This document shows positions 47,447 through 59,811 of a DNA stretch of 64,000 nucleotides, one piece after another; position 1 is the first letter of the stretch, and every line of letters begins with the position of its first letter. This stretch comes from Aplysia californica (taxonomy: Eukaryota): positions 1,532,711 to 1,596,710 of the forward strand of contig NW_004797359.1 of the NCBI RefSeq assembly GCF_000002075.1, given 5' to 3'. A model generated the notes under the pieces. It saw nothing but the letters and a program-made list of their open reading frames with translations, had not been told where the DNA came from and made no database searches. A program made the translations under genes and the position numbers.

Positions 47447-48298
47447 CAGTCGAGCCTGTGTAAGATCAAGACGGCCACCCATTGTCAAGGAGAAAAGTGG
47501 CCGTATAAGACAGGTGGCCGTCTTAGGCAGGACTGATCAAGATGAAGAAAAAAACCATTCCTTTCAGAGGTCCCAACTGAAAGTAGCCACATTGTTGTTG
47601 TAGTTGTTGTTATTGTAGTTGTTGTTATTGTAGTTGTTATTGTTGTTGTTTTCACTGGGTTTACGTTTTCTTTTTTTTTTCTTTTGTTGCTGCTTTTGTG
47701 CAAGGGTGACAATAAAACAAAATGTGTCGGACAAGAAGGGCCGAGTGCTATGGTAAAACAAACACATGGGTCACCACCACTCGGAGAACGAGTGACGCTT
47801 CTGTCACAAGTTCATGTTGACGTCCATTGTTACTTTGTTACAGATTGGGTAAACTGTGACCACTCATCTCAAATATGATTTGAGTATGAGTTCTGGGCAG
47901 GGCTTACGGTTAGAAGGGATCACAGCGGCTTACCTCACCAGCAGCTGAAAATTTGTTACCTATTGGTCAACAGTGGGAGGGACCTACGCAACATGATCGG
48001 TTGGATGGATACTACCTAACAACAACAAGTGATTGGATTATGACGGCTCACCCACAATGCCAGGGGCCATTGCATGATTTATGACAAAACGTAATAGAGT
48101 CACAAAGGAGGCCGTCTAAGACAGGTGTTATTGTTTAGTGTGATAGGGGTTGTGTGTTAAAATATGGTGGCCGTGGCTGGACAGGTGCCTGTATAACACA
48201 GTTAAATTACATAGAAAAAACACAAAGGGGGAAATGGAAAGTGGCCATTTGTACAGGTGGCCGTCCTAAAGAGGTGGCCGTCAGGGCAGGTTCGACTG
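47447..48298. mobile_element. Tc1/mariner-pogo-type MITE
   Basis: TA-CAGTCGAGCCTG...CAGGTTCGACTG-TA with internal ACAGGTGGCCG repeats; a related fragment lies at ~63830-64000. Confidence 0.75.
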
Positions 48299-48424
48299 TA
48301 TATCCCAGCAGAAAGACCAAGATAATAAAGATTTTCCTCAATCGGGAATCTATTCTAACTCAAGTCTCCTGTGTGCGAGAGCAAAGCGTACAACTGCTCC
48401 AACAAGATGCCAGTAAGTCATAAG

Positions 48425-48810
48425 CGAATTCTATGAGGATGGTGAGGCCCACAAATCTACAGTGCAGTGACTAAGAAGAGACAGACAAGCTCATCATTCT
48501 CTGCGACTTCAAGGCCAGAGTTGACACTGTATGATCATCGATAAGGGAGTAATTGGAAAGAAACTCAGTTGGTAAGAGCAACAGCAACACTCATCTTGTT
48601 CTGAAAACTTGTGCGATCCAGAACCTTCTGATTACCGACACAATTTTCCACAAGCCCAGCATGAATAACCAAGATGTCATCAATGCATACACCCTCACAG
48701 TAAGCATTGACATGAAATTACATTTGTTAGTGTTAGAGAGAAGGACATAACATACGGTGTTGACTGCTGGACTGACCACAGACTCATTTTAACTAAGACT
48801 GGTTGGATGA
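48425..48810 (+). mobile_element. Decayed RTE-type LINE endonuclease fragment
   Basis: DKLIILCDFKARV, VGKSNSN..LKTCAIQNLLITDTIF and DCWTDHRLI, broken by frameshifts. Confidence 0.7.
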
Positions 48811-51156
48811 GAAGGATGACAAAATTCAGAAGTCTCCGCAACAGTGTATTACGAAATGCATTCAGAGCCACAGAAAAACACCAAAACGACATTACAGTGG
48901 AACGGGTACAATGTTGTTTATTGAAAAAAAGGTTTGGTGAAAAGTACACTTTTTTCACAGCCACCAGAGACTGAGGGCCAAGGTAACATACCTATCAAAA
49001 TTACATAAATGAAAGAGTTTGCAAAAATGTTCTTAAAATCTTTAAAAAATGAGTTTGTTAAGTTTAAGGATTTGAAATTTTCACTTATAAATACAGCCAA
49101 AAGAAGAAAACTTCAAACCGTGAAGCTATGAGCAGTTGTCATTACCAGTCTTCTCAACTCACCCAAACTGCCAAAAAGAAATAACCAAACAAGAGGCAAG
49201 GTTAAGCATTCCGCCCATAATAGTTGCACCTTTCATTGTGATTCAAAACATTTACAAAAAGCAGTATATACAAATGTAAAAAGTACCGTAATAAAATTTC
49301 AAATGTACAGATGAAGTAGAATAAACTTGAGTCTGAAAAAAACCCAACATAATAATAGGTTGATCACAGCAGAAAATGCAACAATTATGTTACCAAGTTC
49401 ATGAAACATCATGAATCATCAGTATAGATATAGGCAATCAACAGCAACACTGAAAAGCCAACAAGAAAATCTTCTAATCCTGTATGCCAACATTTTTGAC
49501 AATGTAAAAGACAGAATTCTTGTACACATGCAAAGAATAAAAAATAATTTCCCACCACCTGCTTTTAAAGACAAAACTGAAGCTTTTAATGTAACCAGGA
49601 TGACTGTGCAATGCAAAGCCAACAAAAAGAATCGTATTTTATTTTGGACACTATCGATTTAGCTTAAATTAAGTATAAAAAGCTCATATAATACCTCACA
49701 TGAAGGATACAATAATCATGTACTCTCTTTAGCTCTGAAATACACGCCCACTAACAGAAAGCTAAATTTGGAACAATATTCCATGTATGGACTTAAATAA
49801 AGGCAGAGAGCAAGAGCTCGCTGATGGCTCAAACTCCAGAAGTGGCCTAAGCCACAATTAAGTAGGTAAGTTGAACAGAAAGACCCATTGCCAAAATAAG
49901 CATAGTAAAAAATTGTATCTTTTAATAGCACACCACATGGACAAAGACATAATTTGATTTGAAGGCACAAACCGTTTTCTGTATGAGCTATGGCACATCA
50001 AAGGTACACACTTAACACTAAGACGTAAACTGTACATTTTCAACACATAGACTAATATAAATAACACGATGAGGAATGTTGTAAACAAGACAATAAGTCT
50101 GTGAGGCAGCCTCCATTCTAATATCAGCAAAACTAACAGAGAAACTCCTAAAGTAACATGTGTTGTTGATGCTGTTACAGTCAAAGATAAAACAACAAGG
50201 TGTGAGTGTAAAAATAAGTCTGCAGAGAGATGTAATAATAGTTGTGAATTGCATAGAGCATGCTGCAGAACACAGAATACACTTTGCTCTTCTTCTTTTT
50301 CTTCTATTTAATAAGGAATAAACAGCCACAAAAGTTCTATAAATTTCTGAAATAAATCAAGACTACATCATAAAATATGGTTATAAGTGAATTGAGGAAG
50401 AAAGAACATAAAAAAGCACTACATGAAACATACATGCAAAGATTTACAGCGTGAAAAAATTCCATGACTTTCTGAAAGAAACAATGACTGCATCAGTAAT
50501 ACTGATTTAAGGTAGCCTGATAATCATGTGCAAAGTACAACTTCAGCATGAAACAATTAAAAAAAAAAAAAAGAGAGACACGATTCATAATATCTAAGCT
50601 GAAGGAGAATAAATGGGAACAATTAAAATTATCAGGTGATCATGTAACTATTGTACAAAGTTACAACATTTCATTCAGTTTTGGGTACTCACACTCCTAC
50701 TCACAGACCTAACCACATCAGACAGTGTAAGTCAGTCTTGCAAGGCAAGAAATGGCACAAGAAGAACAATGTTTCCAAGTACAGCTAGTCAAAGCAACAA
50801 AGTTCATAAACTGTACTTTTGTGTTGATTATGAATGACGGAGGAGAGATACAATTCTTTTCAACATCATCATTAATTACAAGTATAGGACGAAAAAATGA
50901 AAATTATTTTAGAAAACTGCAAAAAAGGCACTAAAGACATACTTTAATTTTTTGTTATCCAGTAACATTTTAGAAATAATAAAACAAAAAAATAGCTGCA
51001 GTAGAACTATCACAAAAATTCATAGACAAATAGGTAACGATAGTCAGGAAACTATAATTTTTAACACCCCCTGCGCCAAAGTATGACGGCCATGATGTAT
51101 GCGAAAGTGTCAACTGTATGGGCTTTTTTTTATGTCTCAGTGAAGAAAAATCCATG

Positions 51157-51256
51157 TCAGCGAGGTGATGCTTGAATCATTAAGCCGTTCTCAGGCTTCA
51201 TTGTGATAAGAGGAACCTGGCGCACCTCATGAGACGGATCCAAACTCAGTCTGAAT
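51157..51256 (-). CDS. CYP4 terminal coding exon
   Basis: [35 protein letters not shown]. Confidence 0.9.
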
Positions 51257-54200
51257 CTAAGGAAAATTTGGGGGCAAATATTAGTAGTAGGTCAGGAGAA
51301 AAACATTAAAAGAGAAGCAAACGAGACATGTGTAATCAAGCAAAACTTTGACTATCAATTAATTCCAAAGGTAATAGAATGGGCCTTCACACTTTTCATA
51401 AGGTTAATCTTTCAATAATTTCAATTACCTGTTTTTGTCATCTCTGTCAACAAAGTGAAAAAAGATACCAGCTCAGTTGTTTAAAAGTGCAGACGGCATG
51501 ACCTATAACAATCATTTTTGGCTACAAAGAAATATCCCCAGCAAGTCATTCAGCTTCATCAAGTATCTAGTGACATTTGAAATACAAGGTCACAGAACTT
51601 ACCGTTTGATTGTTTTTGCCACAGTCACTTTCATCTCATTCAAGGCAAAGTTTTGGCCAATGCAGTTTCTAGGATAGACGAAAGATTAATATAAAAATGA
51701 GTAAGCTTGAGTTCGAGAAGAGTACAGTGGAGTCAGCATAAATCAAAGTCTGTGGAATTGCTGGATTTTCTTCAGTTTAGCTGTCCCCGTCGTTTTATGC
51801 AAGAAAAATTCTGAAATTATGCAAAGTGAGCCCAAAAATATGAAATTATGCTATTCTGTTAATTTTAACAGAGAAAGATAAAGGAAAATAATCAGAAATT
51901 AAGCAAAAAATGATCAAATTTTGCTAAATTAGGCGGGCTGCATAAAACCACGGGGACAGGTTTAGCCAAGTTTTGGGTTCAGAGTCAGAGAAGTTGCTAA
52001 AATGCTGTCAAACTCAGGTATAACAGGACAGAAGGGACCGGCAGATTTTCCCTGTTATAAGCGAGTCCTGTTATAACCGTAATCAAGGGAAACTACCAGT
52101 ATCATTGCACCTTCAGCTTACTATATTCGATTACCACAGATCCTTTTCCAGTGGGCTGTTTTGCTGATACTGAGACAGAATCGATCAGTGATCCCAACAC
52201 TACTGGGGTATGCGTTTGAAAGTTTGTGTTTAAGAAAGCGATCATACAAACAGGTGAAATGTCTTGGTTGAGACAAATTTTAATAATTTGACGGATCGAA
52301 AGCAAGTTCATGCGCTGCAAGACCACTGTTATATATATCAGAGTCTGCGCAAATTGAAGCCTTTTATAGCCAGGTTCATATTACTTACACCTATATAGAG
52401 AAAAAAAAATGGAAATTTGATTTATCACTGTTATCCAAGTTCTTGTAATAACAGAGGCTGTTATAAATGGACTGGACTGCAGAAGTCATTTTCTTTTGAT
52501 ATACCTCTGTTATTGGATCAACCATGTTTGGTTTTAGCGGACTCTGGTGTATTTTAATACATCCAGCACGATAACAAAAAAGCTGACGATGTAAAAGCTA
52601 AAATGTCTGCACTGTAATTCCCACAATAAATTATAAACCAAATCTGTTTAGGGAATGCCTGAAAATGTGTATGCACCTTCAGACTTAAGATGAACAAAAA
52701 TAAGACACTGAAAGACATGAACATGAACAGGAGAAAAAAAAATCGAAGCTGAAAACATTTGAAGATACGGTATCAAGGACCATTTTACAAACATTGGGAT
52801 GTCACCTGACAGATTTAAGCAAAAAATACCATAAGTAATTTACAAAAGAGAGAGGACATATCAAAGGGAAAAAATGTTCAGTTTCCAAAATTTTTAAAAA
52901 TCATCTGTGGTTTTTCGTTAAAACGGCAGCCCTTATTTTATAAGGCTTGTAACTATTTTACACTCCCATCAATACAATTAAGATCATTTAGAAGACAGGA
53001 TTCACTGACCTTTTCTGATAGAGTCTACCGGGACAGAATGGGCTATACTTCACAAAAAAGAAAGGGCTAGTCCTATGGAACAGACTCAGAAGGAGTAACT
53101 TTTAAGAATAACTTCCCCATTTTGGAATTGAAGTTATATCTTATGGGTGCAACAGCAAAAAGTGTGACGAAAACACTGTGGGCATCAAATACGGTCTACC
53201 TAAAATCTGCCGACAACAGTTGTTAGATGTACCTGGCGCCTGCGGAGAACGGAAGGAACTGGAAGGGATCCATTAGGCACTGCTTGTCGGGGTGAAATCT
53301 GTTGGGGTCAAAGGTCAGAGGCTCCTCCCAGACATGAGGGTTGTGGTGCAACATCCACAGCTGGATGGCAACCATTGACCCTGAGGGAAGAAAAGAATTA
53401 CCCTACTTATCTCAATACAACTTATGTTTGGGTCTCAGTAATATTCATGAGAAGCACATTGACACAACAAGGGAGAGGGAAAGACATGTGGTGAGGAGGG
53501 ACGGAGAAAAGGGGAGAGAAAAAGGCAGATATATAGAAAGTAAGAGAGTGGGAGAAGGAGGAAAAAGGAAAGAGAAAAACTATCAAAAAAAGAGGGAGGG
53601 AAAAATAAAGAGACTTAATGTAAACATGAATTTCAAACTACATTGCATATGTATTTGCAGTTATAAGTATAGGTCTAGTAAGAGTTGTACCTTAAGTTGT
53701 TTTTCGGCTATGGCTAGAAACATTTTCTGTTTCTCACAGAATCTATATTTCACTGCCTAAAAGTTGCGAGGCATTCCCGCAGAGATAAGAAAAGTAATGT
53801 CTCTACCATCTGGGAAAATAATGATGTTTTTATTTTGCCTTCATCTTTTAAAAAAATAGTACAGAGATAAGATAAGTGATATCCTTACCCTTTGGGATTC
53901 GATGACCGTGAATGACGAGCTGCTCCTCCAGTGTACGTATTATGCTAGGCACGGTGGAGTACATCCTCATCGCTTCTTTGATACACATGGTGGTAAACTC
54001 CAGACTAGCCAAGTCTGTCCTGTGGAAGGATTAAATGGTCGCTTTTAAGCACTAGGGGTTATCAAGAAATATACTGTTTTCAGAAAATCGAAGGTAAATT
54101 TCTGCCCTTTGTTCAGTTTCTTTAAAAGACTGGGAGAGTTTTCTCTATAACCCAACAAAGATAGACACCAATGAAACCAAATTTCTTCTATAGGTAGGGC

Positions 54201-57200
54201 AATGCCCACTTTAGGGGTAGGTCAAGATTTCTGAAAACCTCTGAAATCTGGAGTTAGCCCGCATGTCCATAAAAGCGACCAAATGCTTTCACATGTTCTT
54301 TCTTCTTTTGTTTTTAATCTCAATTGCAAACCTCTTGAAGACCAATATATAGGCCTATCATTTTCATACATTGGGTCATCCTGCTGAGCTCCTCTGCTGA
54401 TCTGCACAGCTTCTTTTGTAGTGTTTGTGGAGTTGGCCACACTTCATGTCTTGTCTGATATTTTCTCACAGTTTTTGTATTCCTTTTATTGTCTAAGTGC
54501 ACATGCTCAAAGATCTAATAGAATTTTCCTTCACAGTTTAAATTCAAAATATTACACATAGTGAAAAGTTCCCACATTATTTTGTCCAGTAAACTGACAT
54601 AAAACTATTAAGCACACTGTGTCACAGTCTGGTCAATAAATGAGTTTACTTGTGGATTATAAAAACTGACCACAAATTTTCTAGAAAGAATTTTACGTTT
54701 TTTGTGACACCAACGGGTTATACAAGTGTTTAAGATTACAATTTTAACTAAAGAGTTACACATAAAGAAAAAAAAGGAGGAAAGATCAGATAAGAATGTA
54801 AGATGTTAGAGTTTGAAAGAAAAAAAGGAACAAACCACACCAGTGCACCTGCAAACCACCCATCCACTCCTCTATGAAAGCTCCCCACACTACAACTTCC
54901 ACAACTGACAAAAACTAAGTACACACTAGCACACACATAACATTAACAAAATTGTCAAGATGTGAAAATCTTTTCATTATGTTCAAATTTTGTTAAAATA
55001 TGTGCTTTTATGCAACGAATATAATATATATTTCACTGAAAGCAAAGCAAATAAATCAGTTTTCAGATAATACCAATCACTTCAAATGCACAAAAATTGA
55101 CGAGCGCCTGATTCCACTGCGTCGTGACACATGTGTTTTGCCACTTCATGTGCATGTTCGCTAAGTGTGTGTGCTAGATTGTACAACACATCAATGTAAC
55201 CAACCACTGGACAGTGTCCCGGTCACCCATGACGTCCTTGACCTCCTGGTAGACTTTTTCCTGGTACTCGGGGTGTCCAGTGAGGCTGTAGAGTGTCCAG
55301 GAGATGCCACTGGCCGTTGTGTCATGACCTGGAAAACATCAGAAGGTAAAGTCAATCTCTGGGGGCTCTCGTGGCCTAGAGGTTAAGGTGTTCGCCTCTC
55401 ATTCAAAGATTCTGGGTTCGAATCTGGGTAGCAACCAAAAAATTTTCTCCTCTAAAAATTGTCTCCTTTCACCTTCTTTCCCTCTCTCTTGCAATGTTAT
55501 GTCGTCTGCTTTCGTCTCCACTTTCTCCCCCCCCCCCCCCACCCTCTTTGCCCCCTCCAATGGGCTCCTGACTCTTTCTCAAGCCTTTCTACTGTTACTC
55601 CTTGGCTCCTACTTACTGCTGATCTTCTGGTAGGTAGGAAAGATCAACACCTAGCCTTCTCAGACAAGGGCGACAAATCTCAGAGGTCCCTTGTGCAAAT
55701 TGCGCACGTTAAAGATCCCTTGGGGGTATAAAATTGATAAGAGTAGGCTTTGGCCGCCACCTGGGAAAAATTCAAAATTTCCTACCAATTGAAAAATGTT
55801 TGGTGTGTCCGCGCCCTCATATGACCTTATGCAGTTGCGAGCGCCGTAAAACACTAACCAAAAAAAATAAAAATGACAAGCCATTCTCAGCGGCTCGCGG
55901 TCGGAACCGCTGTGCTGGTGAGCCACTGACAGAGGCTTGGGCACATTCCTTTACAATGACTTCCACGTCAAATTGCTTTTCAGCAAATACCTAAAACAGG
56001 TCTCTTTTATGGGAGTTCATTCATTAGATGACGATCTGTCAAAATAAGTTCACTTGTTTTGATTAAATAACCAATTTAGTGACATATATAATAAGTCACT
56101 TTTAAATTTCATACTAAAAGAAGGCCTTGGCATAGTGGGTTTACCTGCTTCGGAGATAAAGAGTAAGGGACTTAAGGAGGGCATAACTGATACCCACGGT
56201 GTTAAAGAACACAAGCTCTGGCACTTAATAAAAAACAGTAGAATATACACAGTACATTGCATTCTGACTTTGCTTCTGAGGGTTTTAGTATAAGTAAGTG
56301 TTTTATTGAACTTGCAACACAAATCGTATATAAATGCTGGAGATTATAGGGGTTACTAGACACTAACATACACAGAAAAGACGGAGGACAGAAAAGGATG
56401 ATAGATATGTGATAGAAAAAAGGAGCAAACGACCATATCAGAGTATCCGTAAACCACTCACTGACTCTAGGGGGTCGTAAAATCAAACCATGAAAAAAAA
56501 ACTCTCACAAAACCCTCGCTAATCAAAGTTTCTGAGAATAATGACAGGTAGGAATTCTCTTAGTGACAAAGTAAAGTTGACATAAACAAAAAAATCAACA
56601 TTTTCACTCACTGTTTATTCTACAGTGGAACTCTGATTCATCGAGCTCGCATTCAACGAGATGAGATAGAGTCCCCGTTTTTTGTCTTCTTTAAAATCAA
56701 TAAAAATAACCCGGATTCAACGAGCACTTAAATCAGCAAGCTCGGATTCAACGAGGTCGCTTCCAGGGTGTACAGTCCCCGCAGACGTGGCTTCGCTCAT
56801 TTTTCTCCCACAACCAACTTTATCTATTCCTGGAAACCATACATTGCACCTGCATCGTGAACCATTATTCACTTAAACGATTGATGCAACCAATCAGCGG
56901 CCTTTTTTCGTACCAACACATGTATCGTTGGCCCGTACACATGTCTACTCTGACGTGTGTCGGGATCGGAAGGGCGGCCTGTACACGTGTGGATGTGTGT
57001 GCGTGTCGGGGAAGGGGGGGGGGGTGACACTAGCAGTCCGGGCGTTGAACCTCGAAGTTACAAACGCGTCACGGTCTTTCCCCCCCCCCCCCCCCCGGCA
57101 ACTGATCATTATTACGATGATAAGATAGTCTTCACGTAAATCTTCATAATGAATTGTGCACTTGTCTGTGGAATCAAAAGATTCCGTATGCTAGGCTAGG

Positions 57201-59552
57201 CTCTACACAGCAACACAACCTTTTGGTGAATGATCGAGGAGACTCAGGCGCATGCATTTGAACGAACCTGTCTTTGTTTTTTTTACACAACTCATAATAT
57301 GCAGGCATTTCAGGCAATACTTGTGACTTCTCTTTATACATTACTCGCTCAGTGCTAGTAATTATCTACAAAAAACTTGTGTTTGCTATAACGAACACTC
57401 GGATTCAACAACATTTTAGGTCAGGCCCGGCCCGGCGACCTCATTGAATCCGAGTTCCACTGTATAAACTTTTTTCCATTGGAGTTTTCTAAAGGCAGAT
57501 AGCCAGAGACTGTAAAAAAACCCATTACTTTGAATTACTACCTGCAAAGAGGAATGTATCAACCTCATTTCGAATTTCTACCGGCGACAGCGCATCTTTG
57601 TCATCAGTTCTGGTTAACAGCAAGATGTCGAGGAAATCTTTTGTCTTCTTGGACACTATCTTCTGCAGCTCAGTCTCATCAGCATTTTCCTATAGTGAAA
57701 AATCTTGAAAACAAAAGATAGCCATACCGTGTTCTTGTGATAATTAACAATCATGATTATAATACCACCACCACCACTACTAAATTTCACTTGTAAAGCT
57801 CATTTTCAGTACGGAAGCGCTCAACGTGCTTTACAATAATACAAAGGACACAACACCATATGGATCTAACATATTTTACACAGGAAAGGAAGGTATTACA
57901 TATAGAATAGAAAAGCATTACACTAACCAAGAAAGCACTGGAATTATTACACATAAAAGAGGAAAGCATTTACATACAGAATAAAAATATTACACTTACA
58001 AAAGGTAAGTAATGCATACACTTATTAAGGTAAAAATTTTACAGACCAGAGATGAGAAATATACTTACAAAAGGAAGGAATTATACTTGTAGAGAAAAGC
58101 ATTACACATTACAAGAGGAGAGCACTTTTGTGTGTTTTAGTAGAGGTTCTACAGCACTCACAAATGCATAAGGTCATAAGAGCGCTAAGGGGTGGATGTC
58201 AACAGAGAAGTCCTTACAGGGAATCAGGCTTACTCTGCTCACCTCTCTAGCTTCAACAGCACAAAGTCTGCTTCGACTGTCAAGGCACCCTGAAAATAGC
58301 GGGTCACAAGAGTGTGACAAACATACAAAAGAAGTAGAGGAAAAACAACGATAGTAAGGATTAGGAAAGAAAAGGCAGAAGTTCCCTGTTGCAGTTCAGG
58401 AAAAGTTATGAGTATGACATTGATGAATCAGCCCATTTACAATTACAATTCTACTGTGCATAAGAACATGGTTAATGTCCCCCCCTTTGGGAATGTCCTA
58501 AAGAAACTTCAGTCAGTAGCACCGCCCCAGGGGGTGTGGAGAGCACTTTACTTACAAAAGGATGGTACAATAATGAAAGAAAAACAATTTCACTTACAAG
58601 AGAAAATTAAATTGGGAGGCATTTTCTTTTCGTTCCCAAGAAAATAATACACTTACCAATGTCTCTATTCTTTTGGCTATAATCTGTTCAGACATCTGAT
58701 GAGTGAGCTTGCACAGCTCATAAAACCGTTTGCCTTTAGCACTCCACTTATACAAAGTGTCATTGAAATGAAGAGGACTCCTGCAAGAGAATCAAACCCC
58801 GAAAAGAAAAACGAAACAAAAAAATTATTGATGTTCAAAGTCCCGGCTTCGCAAAAATTATATATTTAAAAAATAATTTATTTTTAAAGAAATAAAATAA
58901 GGAGAGATAAAGAGTTTCTAAAACATACAAGTACTTTCCTGTACATTACTCTTTCTGTTTCTGTTTGTTTGTTTGTTGTTTTGTATGCATCTTTCAGGCG
59001 TAGTTTTTGAAGGGTCTTCACATGGAGGTGACATGCATGACATTCCTTGATAGAAAAAAGTGGTTGCAAGCACCAGTGTATTTGTAAAACAATATGTGCT
59101 GGTACTTTATTGTCTATTATGTGGTGTAGATGTAACTTTTGAATTATTTTCTGTTTGTAGGGTGCAAAACAACTTCCAACAACTCAATCATTTTTGTAAC
59201 ATAATCGTTGTAATAATCCCAATTCCTGTTTGGAGATGCAAGAAGAGTGGTACTTATCTTTTCTTTTCTTTTTCTTATCTGATATAGCAATAACACAATA
59301 TTAACTACAACTAGAGAAACAAAAACGACAGCAGCAACAACAGTAAAATCTATAACAAACGATATTGTTGTAGCACAATAATCATGGAAAAGTAAGCTCA
59401 ACAAAGCATGTCTATGTGACATATTATTATTTGCCCTGACTCAGTTTCAACATGGCTACATCAGCATGTTTAAAAAGCTTGGAACAGCGTTAAAAGCTTT
59501 AATACAATCTATAAGTTCTCACTCACACATAATATACATATTAGCACACTCA

Positions 59553-59597
<45 letters not shown>

Positions 59598-59726
59598 ACA
59601 AAAACAAACACACATTCATAATCATACACTCAGACACACATACACACACAAATGCACACATACAGGTACCCATAAACATTCACAAACTCACATTAGCACA
59701 CACATTCACACATACAGGTATTCCTC

Positions 59727-59811
<85 letters not shown>

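Noticed and set aside
54222-54502. Possible LINE C-terminal remnant ([15 protein letters not shown])
   Set aside because: Suggestive, but too short and decayed to assign by eye.
55361-55435. tRNA-like sequences with A/B boxes (also ~5050, 25545, 32000, 36800)
   Set aside because: They are SINE heads that continue into repeat bodies; no complete cloverleaf.
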